Positions 8,060 to 16,527 of a DNA stretch of 61,884 nt are shown here, piece by piece. The notes below the pieces were generated by a model. That model was not told the DNA's origin, ran no database searches, and saw only the letters and a list, made by a program, of their open reading frames with translations. This DNA is from an uncultured Gammaproteobacteria bacterium. Its GTDB lineage: Bacteria; Cyanobacteriota; Vampirovibrionia; Gastranaerophilales; UBA9971. Made by a program: the position numbers and the translations under genes. The stretch spans positions 1 through 61,884 of the forward strand of contig CAZLCO010000007.1 of assembly GCA_964558005.1 (NCBI GenBank). Reading direction: 5' to 3'. Within the stretch, counting starts at the first letter, position 1, and every line of letters begins with the position of its first letter.

Positions 8060-9169
8060 ATGCCAAGAACTCCAATACTGCAAACTCGCCGGGATGCCTG
8101 GATCGAAGTTGACCTCGGCAGCGTCGAGCACAATATAAAAGCCCTTAAATCCAGGCTATCCCCCGGAACAAAACTGCTGGCGGTTGTCAAGGCAGACGCA
8201 TACGGCCATGGCTCAACCACGATTGCTCCGATACTGGTAGCGTCCGGGGTTGACATGCTGGGCGTAGCCTCGGTGGACGAGGGTATTGAATTAAGAGAGG
8301 CGGGCATAAACATTCCCATACTTGTGCTGGGGGCAACACCCGATTGGGCTGTGTGTTCAGCGGTAGAAAATGACCTTGAGCTTTCTATATTCGCACAGGA
8401 GCATATAAATGCCTGTATTTATACATATAACAGATTAAACATAAAGTCAAAAGTTCATATTAAAATTGATACGGGCATGCACAGGATAGGTATTCCTTAT
8501 AAACAGGCGCAGGGTTTTATAAAAGAGGTACAGGATACAAAAGAAATAAGTCTGCAAGGTATTTTTTCTCATCTTGCCTGTGCGGAAAAGCCTGAAATAA
8601 CTATGAAACAAAATCAGGCGTTTAACAGTCTTATAGAACAGGTGGAAAGCAGGGATAAATTAAGTATTCACCTTGTTAATACAGCGGGCATGCTGGATTA
8701 TGAACAGATGCATTATGATATAGCGAGAGTGGGAATCGGTATTTACGGACTGATTCCGGGGTTCAGGCAGGCAATGGGCCTCAAAGGCAGAATAACATAT
8801 ATTAAGGAAGTGCCGGAAGGTTGCGGAATTAGCTATGAATATAGTTATGTGACAGACAGGCCAGCCAAAGTCGCTACAATACCTGTTGGTTACGCTGACG
8901 GCGTGTCAAGAAATCTTTCTAATAAGATTTGCGGAATATTAAAGGGCAAAAAAGTAAGCCAGATAGGCAATATAACAATGGACCAGATGATGTTCGACAT
9001 AACGGGGGTTGATGATGTGCATACGGGCGACATAATAACCCTGCTGGGAGAAGCGGACGGGGAGTGTATTGCTGTTAGTGAGTGGGCAGAAAAATTAAAT
9101 ACAATAAATTATGAAATTACATGCCGTCTGAAAGTAAGGCTTCCTCGGGTCTATACAAGAAGTAATTAA
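8060..9169 (+). CDS. alr: Alanine racemase
   Basis: AVVKADAYGHG PLP lysine, KIDTGMHRIG, GYADG, ITMDQ. Confidence 0.97.
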   Translation: MPRTPILQTRRDAWIEVDLGSVEHNIKALKSRLSPGTKLLAVVKADAYGHGSTTIAPILVASGVDMLGVASVDEGIELREAGINIPILVLGATPDWAVCSAVENDLELSIFAQEHINACIYTYNRLNIKSKVHIKIDTGMHRIGIPYKQAQGFIKEVQDTKEISLQGIFSHLACAEKPEITMKQNQAFNSLIEQVESRDKLSIHLVNTAGMLDYEQMHYDIARVGIGIYGLIPGFRQAMGLKGRITYIKEVPEGCGISYEYSYVTDRPAKVATIPVGYADGVSRNLSNKICGILKGKKVSQIGNITMDQMMFDITGVDDVHTGDIITLLGEADGECIAVSEWAEKLNTINYEITCRLKVRLPRVYTRSN

Positions 9170-9174
9170 ATATA

Positions 9175-9202
9175 TCAAGCAAATTTAATTTATTGCCGAT
9201 AA
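9175..9202 (+). promoter_or_regulatory. Sigma-28 (FliA/SigD)-like promoter upstream of clpC
   Basis: TCAAG-N15-GCCGATAA. Confidence 0.45.
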
Positions 9203-9250
9203 TTAATATCAATTGTAAAATTATGTTAGGAGACAATGTAGAAAGAAAAA

Positions 9251-11728
9251 ATGTTTGAACGATTTACGGAAAAAGCAATAAAAGTAATTATGCTGGCACA
9301 GGAAGAAGCCCGCAGGCTAGGGCATAACTTCGTCGGCACAGAGCAAATCCTTCTTGGCTTAATAGGCGAAGGTACAGGCATTGCCGCTAAGACCTTAAAG
9401 GCTATGGGTGTAAACCTTAAAGACGCCAGGGTAGAAGTGGAAAAAATTATAGGCCGCGGCTCAGGTTTTGTGGCGGTTGAAATACCTTTTACGCCAAGGG
9501 CTAAAAGGGTGCTTGAACTGTCATGGGACGAAGCCAGACAGTTAGGCCATAACTATATCGGCACAGAACACCTCCTGCTCGGGTTAATAAGAGAAGGAGA
9601 AGGCGTTGCCACCAGAATACTGGAAAATCTAGGAGTTGACCTGAATAAAGTAAGGAGCAACGTAATAAGAATGCTCGGCGAAACCCGCACAGGCGCCCCG
9701 ACTGCCTCGGCAACAGGCGGCAGGAGCAAAACGCCTACCGTGGACGAGTTCGGCATTAACCTTACCCAGGCCGCACAGGAGCAGAGGCTTGACCCTGTTG
9801 TGGGAAGGGAAAAGGAAATTGAAAGACTTATACAGATACTCGGCAGAAGGACTAAAAACAATCCTGTGCTTATAGGCGAGCCGGGTGTAGGTAAAACAGC
9901 TATCGCAGAAGGTCTTGCCATAAGAATAATCAATAATGAAGTACCTGAATTGCTTGAAGATAAGAGAATTATTCAGCTTGACATGGGTATGCTGGTCGCA
10001 GGTACCAAATACAGGGGCGAATTTGAAGAACGCCTAAAGAAAATTATGGATGAAATAAGGGGCGCAGGAAATGTTATCCTTGTAATAGATGAAATGCATA
10101 CCCTTATAGGCGCAGGTGCGGCAGAAGGGGCAATTGACGCTGCGAATATACTTAAGCCTGTACTGTCAAGAGGTGAGCTGCAGGTAATCGGCTCTACCAC
10201 ACTGGATGAATACAGGAAGCACGTTGAAAAAGACGCTGCCCTTGAGCGTAGGTTCCAGCCTATTTATGTTGAACAGCCTTCTGTAGAAGAGACAATAGAG
10301 ATTATGAGGGGCTTAAGACAAAAATATGAAGAGCACCACAAGTTAATCATTACGGACAGTGCTATAGAATCAGCTGCGAAACTCTCAGACCGTTATATTA
10401 CCGATAGGTTCCTGCCGGATAAAGCTATTGACCTCGTTGACGAGGCAAGCTCCCGAGTAAGACTGCGGGCCAGCTCGCTTCCCCCTGAAGGCAAAGAAAT
10501 AGAAAAAGAGCTTAAAGGCGTTATTAAAGAAAAAGAGCAGGCCATCAGAAATCAGGAATTTGAAAAGGCAAGTCAGCTCAGAGATACAGAAGCTGAGCTC
10601 AAGGATAAAATCCGTGAAATCAGTCAAAAATGGAAAACTGAGCAGGAAGCAAATAAAGCATACGTAACAGAAGAAGAAATTGCCGAAATTATAAGTACAT
10701 GGACGGGTGTACCTGTCACCAAGCTGACAGAAACAGAGACCGAAAGGTTGATGAAGCTTGAAGAACTTCTGCATAAAAGAGTTATCGGTCAGAATGACGC
10801 CGTTGTTGCTATATCAAAAGCTATAAGGCGCGCAAGAGTTGGGCTTAAGAGTCCTAATAGGCCGGTGGGCAGCTTCTCGTTCTGCGGACCTACCGGTGTA
10901 GGTAAAACTGAACTTGCTAAAGCACTGTCAGAAGCAGTATTCGGTTCTGAAGATAATATAATAAGAATAGACATGTCAGAATATATGGAAAAGCACGCCG
11001 TAAGTAAACTTATCGGTTCTCCTCCGGGATATGTCGGATTTAATGAAGGCGGACAGCTTACAGAAGCTGTAAGGCGTAAACCTTATTCGCTTGTTCTGTT
11101 TGATGAAATTGAAAAAGCTCACCCTGACGTGTTCAATATGCTGCTGCAAATCCTTGATGACGGTAGGTTAACTGATTCAAGGGGCAGGGTAGTTGACTTT
11201 AAGAATACAATAATAATAATGACAAGTAACGTTGGGGCTAGAAACATCGAGCATTCCAACAAACTGGGCTTCTCTGTAGGCGAAGATGAGAGCAAGGATA
11301 GATACGAAAAAATGAAAGAAGTCGTGATGGAAGAAATGAAAAAAGCTTTTCGTCCGGAATTTCTTAACAGGCTTGATGATATTATAGTATTCTCACACCT
11401 CACCAGGGAAGAAATCAGGCAAATTGTGGATGTTATGCTTGCTGACCTTATTAAGAGACTTCAACTTCAGGAAATATCAGTTGAAATACCTGATGACGTC
11501 AAGGATCACCTTGCCAAAGAAGGCTATAGCCAGGCTTACGGCGCAAGGCCGCTGAGAAGACTTATACAGAAAACCATTGAGGACTGTATGGCGGAAGAAC
11601 TGCTTACAGGGCTGGCAAAAGAAGGCGATACAATTCTTCTCAAGCTTGAAGGAAAGAAAATTGCTTTTGAGAACATAGGCAAACAGGCTGATAAAAAAGA
11701 AGCAAAAAAAGCCGATTCTGAAGTTTAG
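9251..11728 (+). CDS. clpC: ATP-dependent Clp protease ATPase subunit ClpC
   Basis: [32 protein letters not shown]; GEPGVGKT and GPTGVGKT; UVR linker; LGF loop. Confidence 0.98.
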   Translation: MFERFTEKAIKVIMLAQEEARRLGHNFVGTEQILLGLIGEGTGIAAKTLKAMGVNLKDARVEVEKIIGRGSGFVAVEIPFTPRAKRVLELSWDEARQLGHNYIGTEHLLLGLIREGEGVATRILENLGVDLNKVRSNVIRMLGETRTGAPTASATGGRSKTPTVDEFGINLTQAAQEQRLDPVVGREKEIERLIQILGRRTKNNPVLIGEPGVGKTAIAEGLAIRIINNEVPELLEDKRIIQLDMGMLVAGTKYRGEFEERLKKIMDEIRGAGNVILVIDEMHTLIGAGAAEGAIDAANILKPVLSRGELQVIGSTTLDEYRKHVEKDAALERRFQPIYVEQPSVEETIEIMRGLRQKYEEHHKLIITDSAIESAAKLSDRYITDRFLPDKAIDLVDEASSRVRLRASSLPPEGKEIEKELKGVIKEKEQAIRNQEFEKASQLRDTEAELKDKIREISQKWKTEQEANKAYVTEEEIAEIISTWTGVPVTKLTETETERLMKLEELLHKRVIGQNDAVVAISKAIRRARVGLKSPNRPVGSFSFCGPTGVGKTELAKALSEAVFGSEDNIIRIDMSEYMEKHAVSKLIGSPPGYVGFNEGGQLTEAVRRKPYSLVLFDEIEKAHPDVFNMLLQILDDGRLTDSRGRVVDFKNTIIIMTSNVGARNIEHSNKLGFSVGEDESKDRYEKMKEVVMEEMKKAFRPEFLNRLDDIIVFSHLTREEIRQIVDVMLADLIKRLQLQEISVEIPDDVKDHLAKEGYSQAYGARPLRRLIQKTIEDCMAEELLTGLAKEGDTILLKLEGKKIAFENIGKQADKKEAKKADSEV

Positions 11729-11745
11729 CCAGCGGGATAAGTTAA

Positions 11746-12027
11746 ATGACAGAAAAAAAAATAGACCTTGATGAACTGAAAAAATTGATGGTGAACCCCA
11801 GAGTGGGCGAAATACTCGTACAGCATAAAAAAATTACGGTTTATCAGCTGGCGGATGCACTGGAAGAACAAAAGATAAATAAATCCCCCATTGGACGAAT
11901 TTTAATTGATAAAGGTTATATCACGGAAAATGAGCTTGTTGAGCTATTATCCTTGCAAAATAATATTGATAAATTATTAAAGGATAGTTACAACGAAATG
12001 GAAAAGCTCAAAGGTGACAATACATAA
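11746..12027 (+). CDS. Stand-alone MshEN-type (c-di-GMP-binding) protein
   Basis: Two 24-aa motifs RVGEILVQHKKITVYQLADALEEQ and PIGRILIDKGYITENELVELLSLQ with a 5-aa linker. Confidence 0.75.
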   Translation: MTEKKIDLDELKKLMVNPRVGEILVQHKKITVYQLADALEEQKINKSPIGRILIDKGYITENELVELLSLQNNIDKLLKDSYNEMEKLKGDNT

Positions 12028-12778
12028 GCTTAAAAACTTTACTTTTTTAATTTTAATATTATTGCTCGGGATTGGTTTTATATTATCAATTTATTATACG
12101 TCTAACGCATTTACCGCCATAAATGAAATGGTTTATGAATGGGTAAAATCGTTGGTATATGAGCAGGAAAAAGGCCCGTCCGGTCTTTTTATGCAAATGG
12201 GAACTATTATTATATTATGCACTTCAACTTTTATTTTTTATCTTTTGTTTTCCTCCGGTTTAAGCATTTTGTTCCTGAGAAAAACAGAAGGGTTTAAAAG
12301 GGTTTTAAAGTGGAAACTTCACAAGTACAAAAAAGCTTTTATCCCTTTATGGGCAATGAAAACAATTGCGATAGCGTTTGTTGCCGCATGTGTATTCTTT
12401 TTTAATACAATAGTGACATTTTCCGGCATAAGTATAATTTTAATAAGTTTTTTAGCCTCATTCGCACTGCTTAATATAATAACTTTACTGTTTATTAGTC
12501 TGGTTTTCAGTTTGTCACAGATAGTAAAGCTTAATTACGGTACTGAAATAGCGCTTATTTCCCCGGAAATAGACAATAAATCAGTAGAAACCCTTGCTAA
12601 AAGCGAAAAAATTAATATTCCCCTGGTTTCTATATATTTATTCTTTGCTTTATTTTTAATACTTCAACTGCTAAAAACAAATGAAGCCGTTCTTTTGCCG
12701 TTGTTATTAATGAATGTTATAAGTTATGCGGGGATAAAATACCTGAAAACAACATCTTATTTAAGACCCCAAACTTAA
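12014..12778 (+). CDS. Polytopic membrane protein of unknown function
   Basis: About 6 hydrophobic segments; overlaps the previous gene. Confidence 0.7.
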   Translation: MTIHKLKNFTFLILILLLGIGFILSIYYTSNAFTAINEMVYEWVKSLVYEQEKGPSGLFMQMGTIIILCTSTFIFYLLFSSGLSILFLRKTEGFKRVLKWKLHKYKKAFIPLWAMKTIAIAFVAACVFFFNTIVTFSGISIILISFLASFALLNIITLLFISLVFSLSQIVKLNYGTEIALISPEIDNKSVETLAKSEKINIPLVSIYLFFALFLILQLLKTNEAVLLPLLLMNVISYAGIKYLKTTSYLRPQT

Positions 12779-12792
12779 ATATAAATTAGGGT

Positions 12793-13734
12793 TTAAAAAT
12801 GAGGTTTTGTGCCTGTTACATCAGGTTTATTAACTGAAACTGTTTTTGCTTCCCTTACATTAGTACGGCATTCCAGTAATTTTTTCCTTAATTCCTCATC
12901 AGTATTTGAATCATAGATAAGCCTTTCCACAAAGTTCATGTTGGGTTTAAAGGCTTTTCTTATATATTCTGTGTTGCTAAGTATGTCTATAAGTATGTCA
13001 TTGTCGTATGTATAAACTTTTCTTTTGTTGGAAGTAAGTATTTCGCCTGTAGTAGAGGTTATTTCCGGGTAACCTTCATCAAAATAAAGCTTAAATACTG
13101 ATTTTAAATCAGCCATTTCGCATTGCAGGATTTGTATAGCGTTTTGAAGTCTTAAATACCTCTCAAAAAGGTATTCAATATTATCCAGCTGCGAAAACTG
13201 CCATTCCAGTTTTTTTTCATAAAAAATTCTCAGGTGCGGATATACATAAGCAAGTCCCTTGGCATCTGACATTGCACGGTGAATGACCGGCATATCAATA
13301 TTAAACCTTTTGAGTAAGGAATCGAGCCCATGTGATTGTTCTTCCGGGAAAACTTCCTTGTACATTATAAAAGTATCAATTTTGGGGTTTTTGATTCGTT
13401 CTCCGTATAATTCCCTGCTGGCCTGATTAAGAAAGCTATGATCAAATATAGCGTTATGGGCAACTATCGGATAGTCCTGTATAAAGTCCATTATTTGCGG
13501 CATAACTTCTTCTATAGTAGGACAGTCCTGAACCATTTCCTGTGTTATGCCATGTATTTCAATGCTTGAATGCCTGATTTCCTGTTGAGGGTTAATTAAA
13601 AATTCCAGTTCTTTTGTTATTTCATTGTTTACCAGTTTAACGCCGGCAAATTCTATAATTTTTTCTCTTTTATAGTCCAGTCCCGTTGTTTCCAGGTCGA
13701 CTACAATTTTTATATCCTGATTTTCCTCGCCCAT
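12793..13734 (-). CDS. DEDDh 3'-5' exonuclease (DnaQ/PolC-type) with C-terminal extension
   Basis: DLETTG, AHNAIFD, HRAMSDA. Confidence 0.9.
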   Translation of the reverse strand: MGEENQDIKIVVDLETTGLDYKREKIIEFAGVKLVNNEITKELEFLINPQQEIRHSSIEIHGITQEMVQDCPTIEEVMPQIMDFIQDYPIVAHNAIFDHSFLNQASRELYGERIKNPKIDTFIMYKEVFPEEQSHGLDSLLKRFNIDMPVIHRAMSDAKGLAYVYPHLRIFYEKKLEWQFSQLDNIEYLFERYLRLQNAIQILQCEMADLKSVFKLYFDEGYPEITSTTGEILTSNKRKVYTYDNDILIDILSNTEYIRKAFKPNMNFVERLIYDSNTDEELRKKLLECRTNVREAKTVSVNKPDVTGTKPHF

Positions 13735-13940
13735 AAGTTTAGAGTCTTATAAATCCCAAAATATTCTACTTTACTTTTAATCATAACATAAAGCTTAATG
13801 ATTAACTTATGCCCGGACTTTTTAAATAAATTTAATAACAAGCATCCAAAAGCTTTTTGGTCGGTTTATTGATTTGTTTTGTGTAAACAAATGTAACAAC
13901 ATCCGGCTTTTTTGAAATCATATAAAACATATAGCTTTTA

Positions 13941-13960
13941 TATATATGTAAGGTAATAGT
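13941..13960 (+). promoter_or_regulatory. Shared upstream motif TWTATATGTARRGTAA, copy 2
   Basis: TATATATGTAAGGTAATAGT upstream of 14033. Confidence 0.5.
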
Positions 13961-14032
13961 TCTATACAGGTAAAGAGTAAAATAGCACATAGTTGTGTTG
14001 TTTTACCGGGTAATTAAATAGGAGTATAACTA

Positions 14033-14977
14033 ATGGATGTTTTATCTGCAAAGATAAATCAGGCTTTAGTAGCTGAAAAGAAATTTGAATTTATGCGTGC
14101 CCAGAATAGTTACAGCGGCATTGAAAGTATATTCAACAGCGTAAATTCAAAATATTTATCTTCAGAACAGTCATATATGATTAAACAATTCCAGGAAGAG
14201 CTTGCCGAGGAGGCATACGGCAATTTGCAAACTGAATTGCGTCGCCTCCGTTATAAACAAAAAGTTGTTGATAACACAAGCATGGTAACAACAACCAAAA
14301 TGATAGCTCATGAAAAGAGCCTTAAAGAAATGCCTGTAATTCAGGAAATAGAAGGCAAGATAACATCAAATCAGGCTCAGATAGTTCAATACCAGAGTGA
14401 ATTGAATGTGTTAAAAGCTTCTGACTCTATTATTAAATACGAAGCAATAACAAAAGAAGTCAAAGGACTTCGTGGTGATGAATCAAATTTAATCGGTTTA
14501 ATCAAAATAATGGCTAAAGATGGCAAAGACACATCCAATCTGGAGCAAAGGCTCGAAATAATCAGGAAAGAAATAGCAGAAAAAGAAAAAGAGCTAGAAG
14601 AGCTTCAGCCTGAATATGACGAAATGAAGGGAATAGAAGACAAACTAAATGAATTGCTAAAGGAAAACTCTGATCTCATCCAACAGAGGCTAAAATTGGA
14701 CCCTGAATTTGTGAAGTATACTTATGTCTATAACTTCTTCGATACAGTAGTCCAGGGAAACGGCAACGGACTGGGCGTTGAGGCTGACATAAGTCGCAAT
14801 AAAGCAAACATTTCCGACGTAGAGGAAATATATTCAGAAAGGTCAGAACAAAGCGTTGCTTTCCAGGCTATTCTAAACAAGGACATGTCTCTACAGAACA
14901 GTGTTAAGTCAGACTTAGAGTCCACTAAAGCCATAAGGGAGTATAAAGAAAACATTTTCTCACAAATAAATAAATAA
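14033..14977 (+). CDS. Coiled-coil hypothetical protein
   Basis: AGGAG RBS; E/K/Q-rich heptads. Confidence 0.8.
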   Translation: MDVLSAKINQALVAEKKFEFMRAQNSYSGIESIFNSVNSKYLSSEQSYMIKQFQEELAEEAYGNLQTELRRLRYKQKVVDNTSMVTTTKMIAHEKSLKEMPVIQEIEGKITSNQAQIVQYQSELNVLKASDSIIKYEAITKEVKGLRGDESNLIGLIKIMAKDGKDTSNLEQRLEIIRKEIAEKEKELEELQPEYDEMKGIEDKLNELLKENSDLIQQRLKLDPEFVKYTYVYNFFDTVVQGNGNGLGVEADISRNKANISDVEEIYSERSEQSVAFQAILNKDMSLQNSVKSDLESTKAIREYKENIFSQINK

Positions 14978-15054
14978 AAGACCAAACTTTCTCTAAACTA
15001 AACTGCCTTTTCTTCCGGGTATTAAATACTCCGGAATTTTTTTTGCAAAAATTT

Positions 15055-15450
15055 TTATTTAGATACAAATTCCACGCAGATTTCCCTGTTTCTGGGCCCA
15101 TCGAATTCGCAGAAAAATATTCCCTGCCACTGCCCAAGGACAAGTTTGCCGTCTTTTATAATGAGATTGAGCGAACAACCCATAAGGCTTGCTTTTACAT
15201 GAGCGTCTGAATTACCTTCTGAATGGCGGAATTCTTTATACACAGGCGATATTTTTTCCAGACTGTATAAAAGATCAGTTTTTACGCTGGGATCATGGTT
15301 CTCGTTTATTGTTATTCCTGCTGTTGTGTGCATACAAAACACAACGCAAATACCGTTCTTAACGCCGGAGTTTTCTACCAGTCCTTTGATGCCTTTGGTG
15401 AGGTCGATTATTTCATTTCTTTTATTGGTTCTTAAACTTATTTTCTCCAT
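15055..15450 (-). CDS. yjbQ: YjbQ/UPF0047 family protein
   Basis: HTTAGITINEN, GNSDAHVK, LGQWQGIFFCEFDGPR. Confidence 0.93.
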   Translation of the reverse strand: MEKISLRTNKRNEIIDLTKGIKGLVENSGVKNGICVVFCMHTTAGITINENHDPSVKTDLLYSLEKISPVYKEFRHSEGNSDAHVKASLMGCSLNLIIKDGKLVLGQWQGIFFCEFDGPRNREICVEFVSK

Positions 15451-15571
15451 AATTCAGCCCTCATTCTTTTTTTTAAAATTATACATAAAATTTAAAACCT
15501 ATCCAAGAGATAGACGAAAATAAAAATTTATTATATATTTATTTATGTGCTTATCAGCTTTAAAAAAGCAT

Positions 15572-15656
15572 GCCCTGGTGGCGGAATGGTAGACGCGCCG
15601 GACTTAAAATCCGGTGAGGCTTAAACCTCGTGCCAGTTCAAGTCTGGCCCAGGGCA
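15572..15656 (+). tRNA. tRNA-Leu(UAA), no intron, CCA not encoded
   Basis: GCCCTGG/CCAGGGC acceptor, CCGGA-CT-TAA-AA-TCCGG anticodon arm, long variable arm, GTTCAAG T-loop. Confidence 0.96.
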
Positions 15657-15690
15657 TTTATTTTTTAAACTTTTTTCTGGTTTTATAAAC

Positions 15691-16431
15691 ATGGATTTAG
15701 ATTTAAATTTGAATGATATTTTTGGTTGTTTGCCTGTATTTGACGTGGAAATAGTTCTCAGGCTTATAATTTCAATGTTGCTGGGGCTGGTAATCGGTCT
15801 GGAAAGAGAAGTAACAAATAAAACCGCGGGGTTGAGGACACATATACTGGTTTGTCTCGGTGCTACGGTTTTTACAATCCTTTCTATATACAGCTTTACC
15901 TGTATGGAAGCACCTGACGGGGTAAGACTTGTGCATGACCCTTCCCGTGTTGCAGCTCAGATAGTAACCGGAATTGGTTTTATAGGCGGCGGGGCGGTTC
16001 TGCACTATGGAATGAATATATTTGGTATAACCACTGCGGCAACTCTCTGGATTACAGCCAGCATAGGCATGGCTGTTGGTGTAGGTTCATATACAGTAGG
16101 GGTTATGGCTACACTGTTTACTTTTATTGTACTGGTAGCAATAAGAAAGTTTGAAACACGCTTTCTGACACGGGGGATAAGCAGGGGAGGCAGAGTTGAG
16201 GTTAGTGTTTCCTGCTTAAGAGAGCATCAAAATTCTGTACAGGACTGGTTTTACTCAAAATTTGAAAATATTCAGGAAATAAGCGCAAAAAGGCCTTATG
16301 AATCACAAGAAAAAGTAAAGCTTACTTTTGTCGTTGATACTCGTGACAAAGACCCGGTAAACAAAATTTACGGGGAAATATCAGGCCTTGAAAATATTGA
16401 ATCAATCAATGTTAAACAGGTTTTAGTCTGA
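15691..16431 (+). CDS. MgtC/SapB family protein with ACT-like C-terminus
   Basis: IGLERE, AGLRTH, DPSRVAAQIVTGIGFIGGG, GITTAATLW. Confidence 0.93.
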   Translation: MDLDLNLNDIFGCLPVFDVEIVLRLIISMLLGLVIGLEREVTNKTAGLRTHILVCLGATVFTILSIYSFTCMEAPDGVRLVHDPSRVAAQIVTGIGFIGGGAVLHYGMNIFGITTAATLWITASIGMAVGVGSYTVGVMATLFTFIVLVAIRKFETRFLTRGISRGGRVEVSVSCLREHQNSVQDWFYSKFENIQEISAKRPYESQEKVKLTFVVDTRDKDPVNKIYGEISGLENIESINVKQVLV

Positions 16432-16527
16432 GTATAATCACAAAACAAATAAATATATACTTTAAATATACCAAGCATATGCTATAATGTATAATATATT
16501 TTAAATTTCATGGGTGTTTAAGGGCAA

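Noticed and set aside
7856-8319. ORFs 7856-8131, 7861-8319 and 7918-8112
   Set aside because: They read through the repeats or are antisense to alr; no independent coding signal.
9501-11403. Many antisense ORFs within clpC (also within recA, rny, holA and others)
   Set aside because: Shadow ORFs opposite well-conserved genes, with no recognisable motifs.
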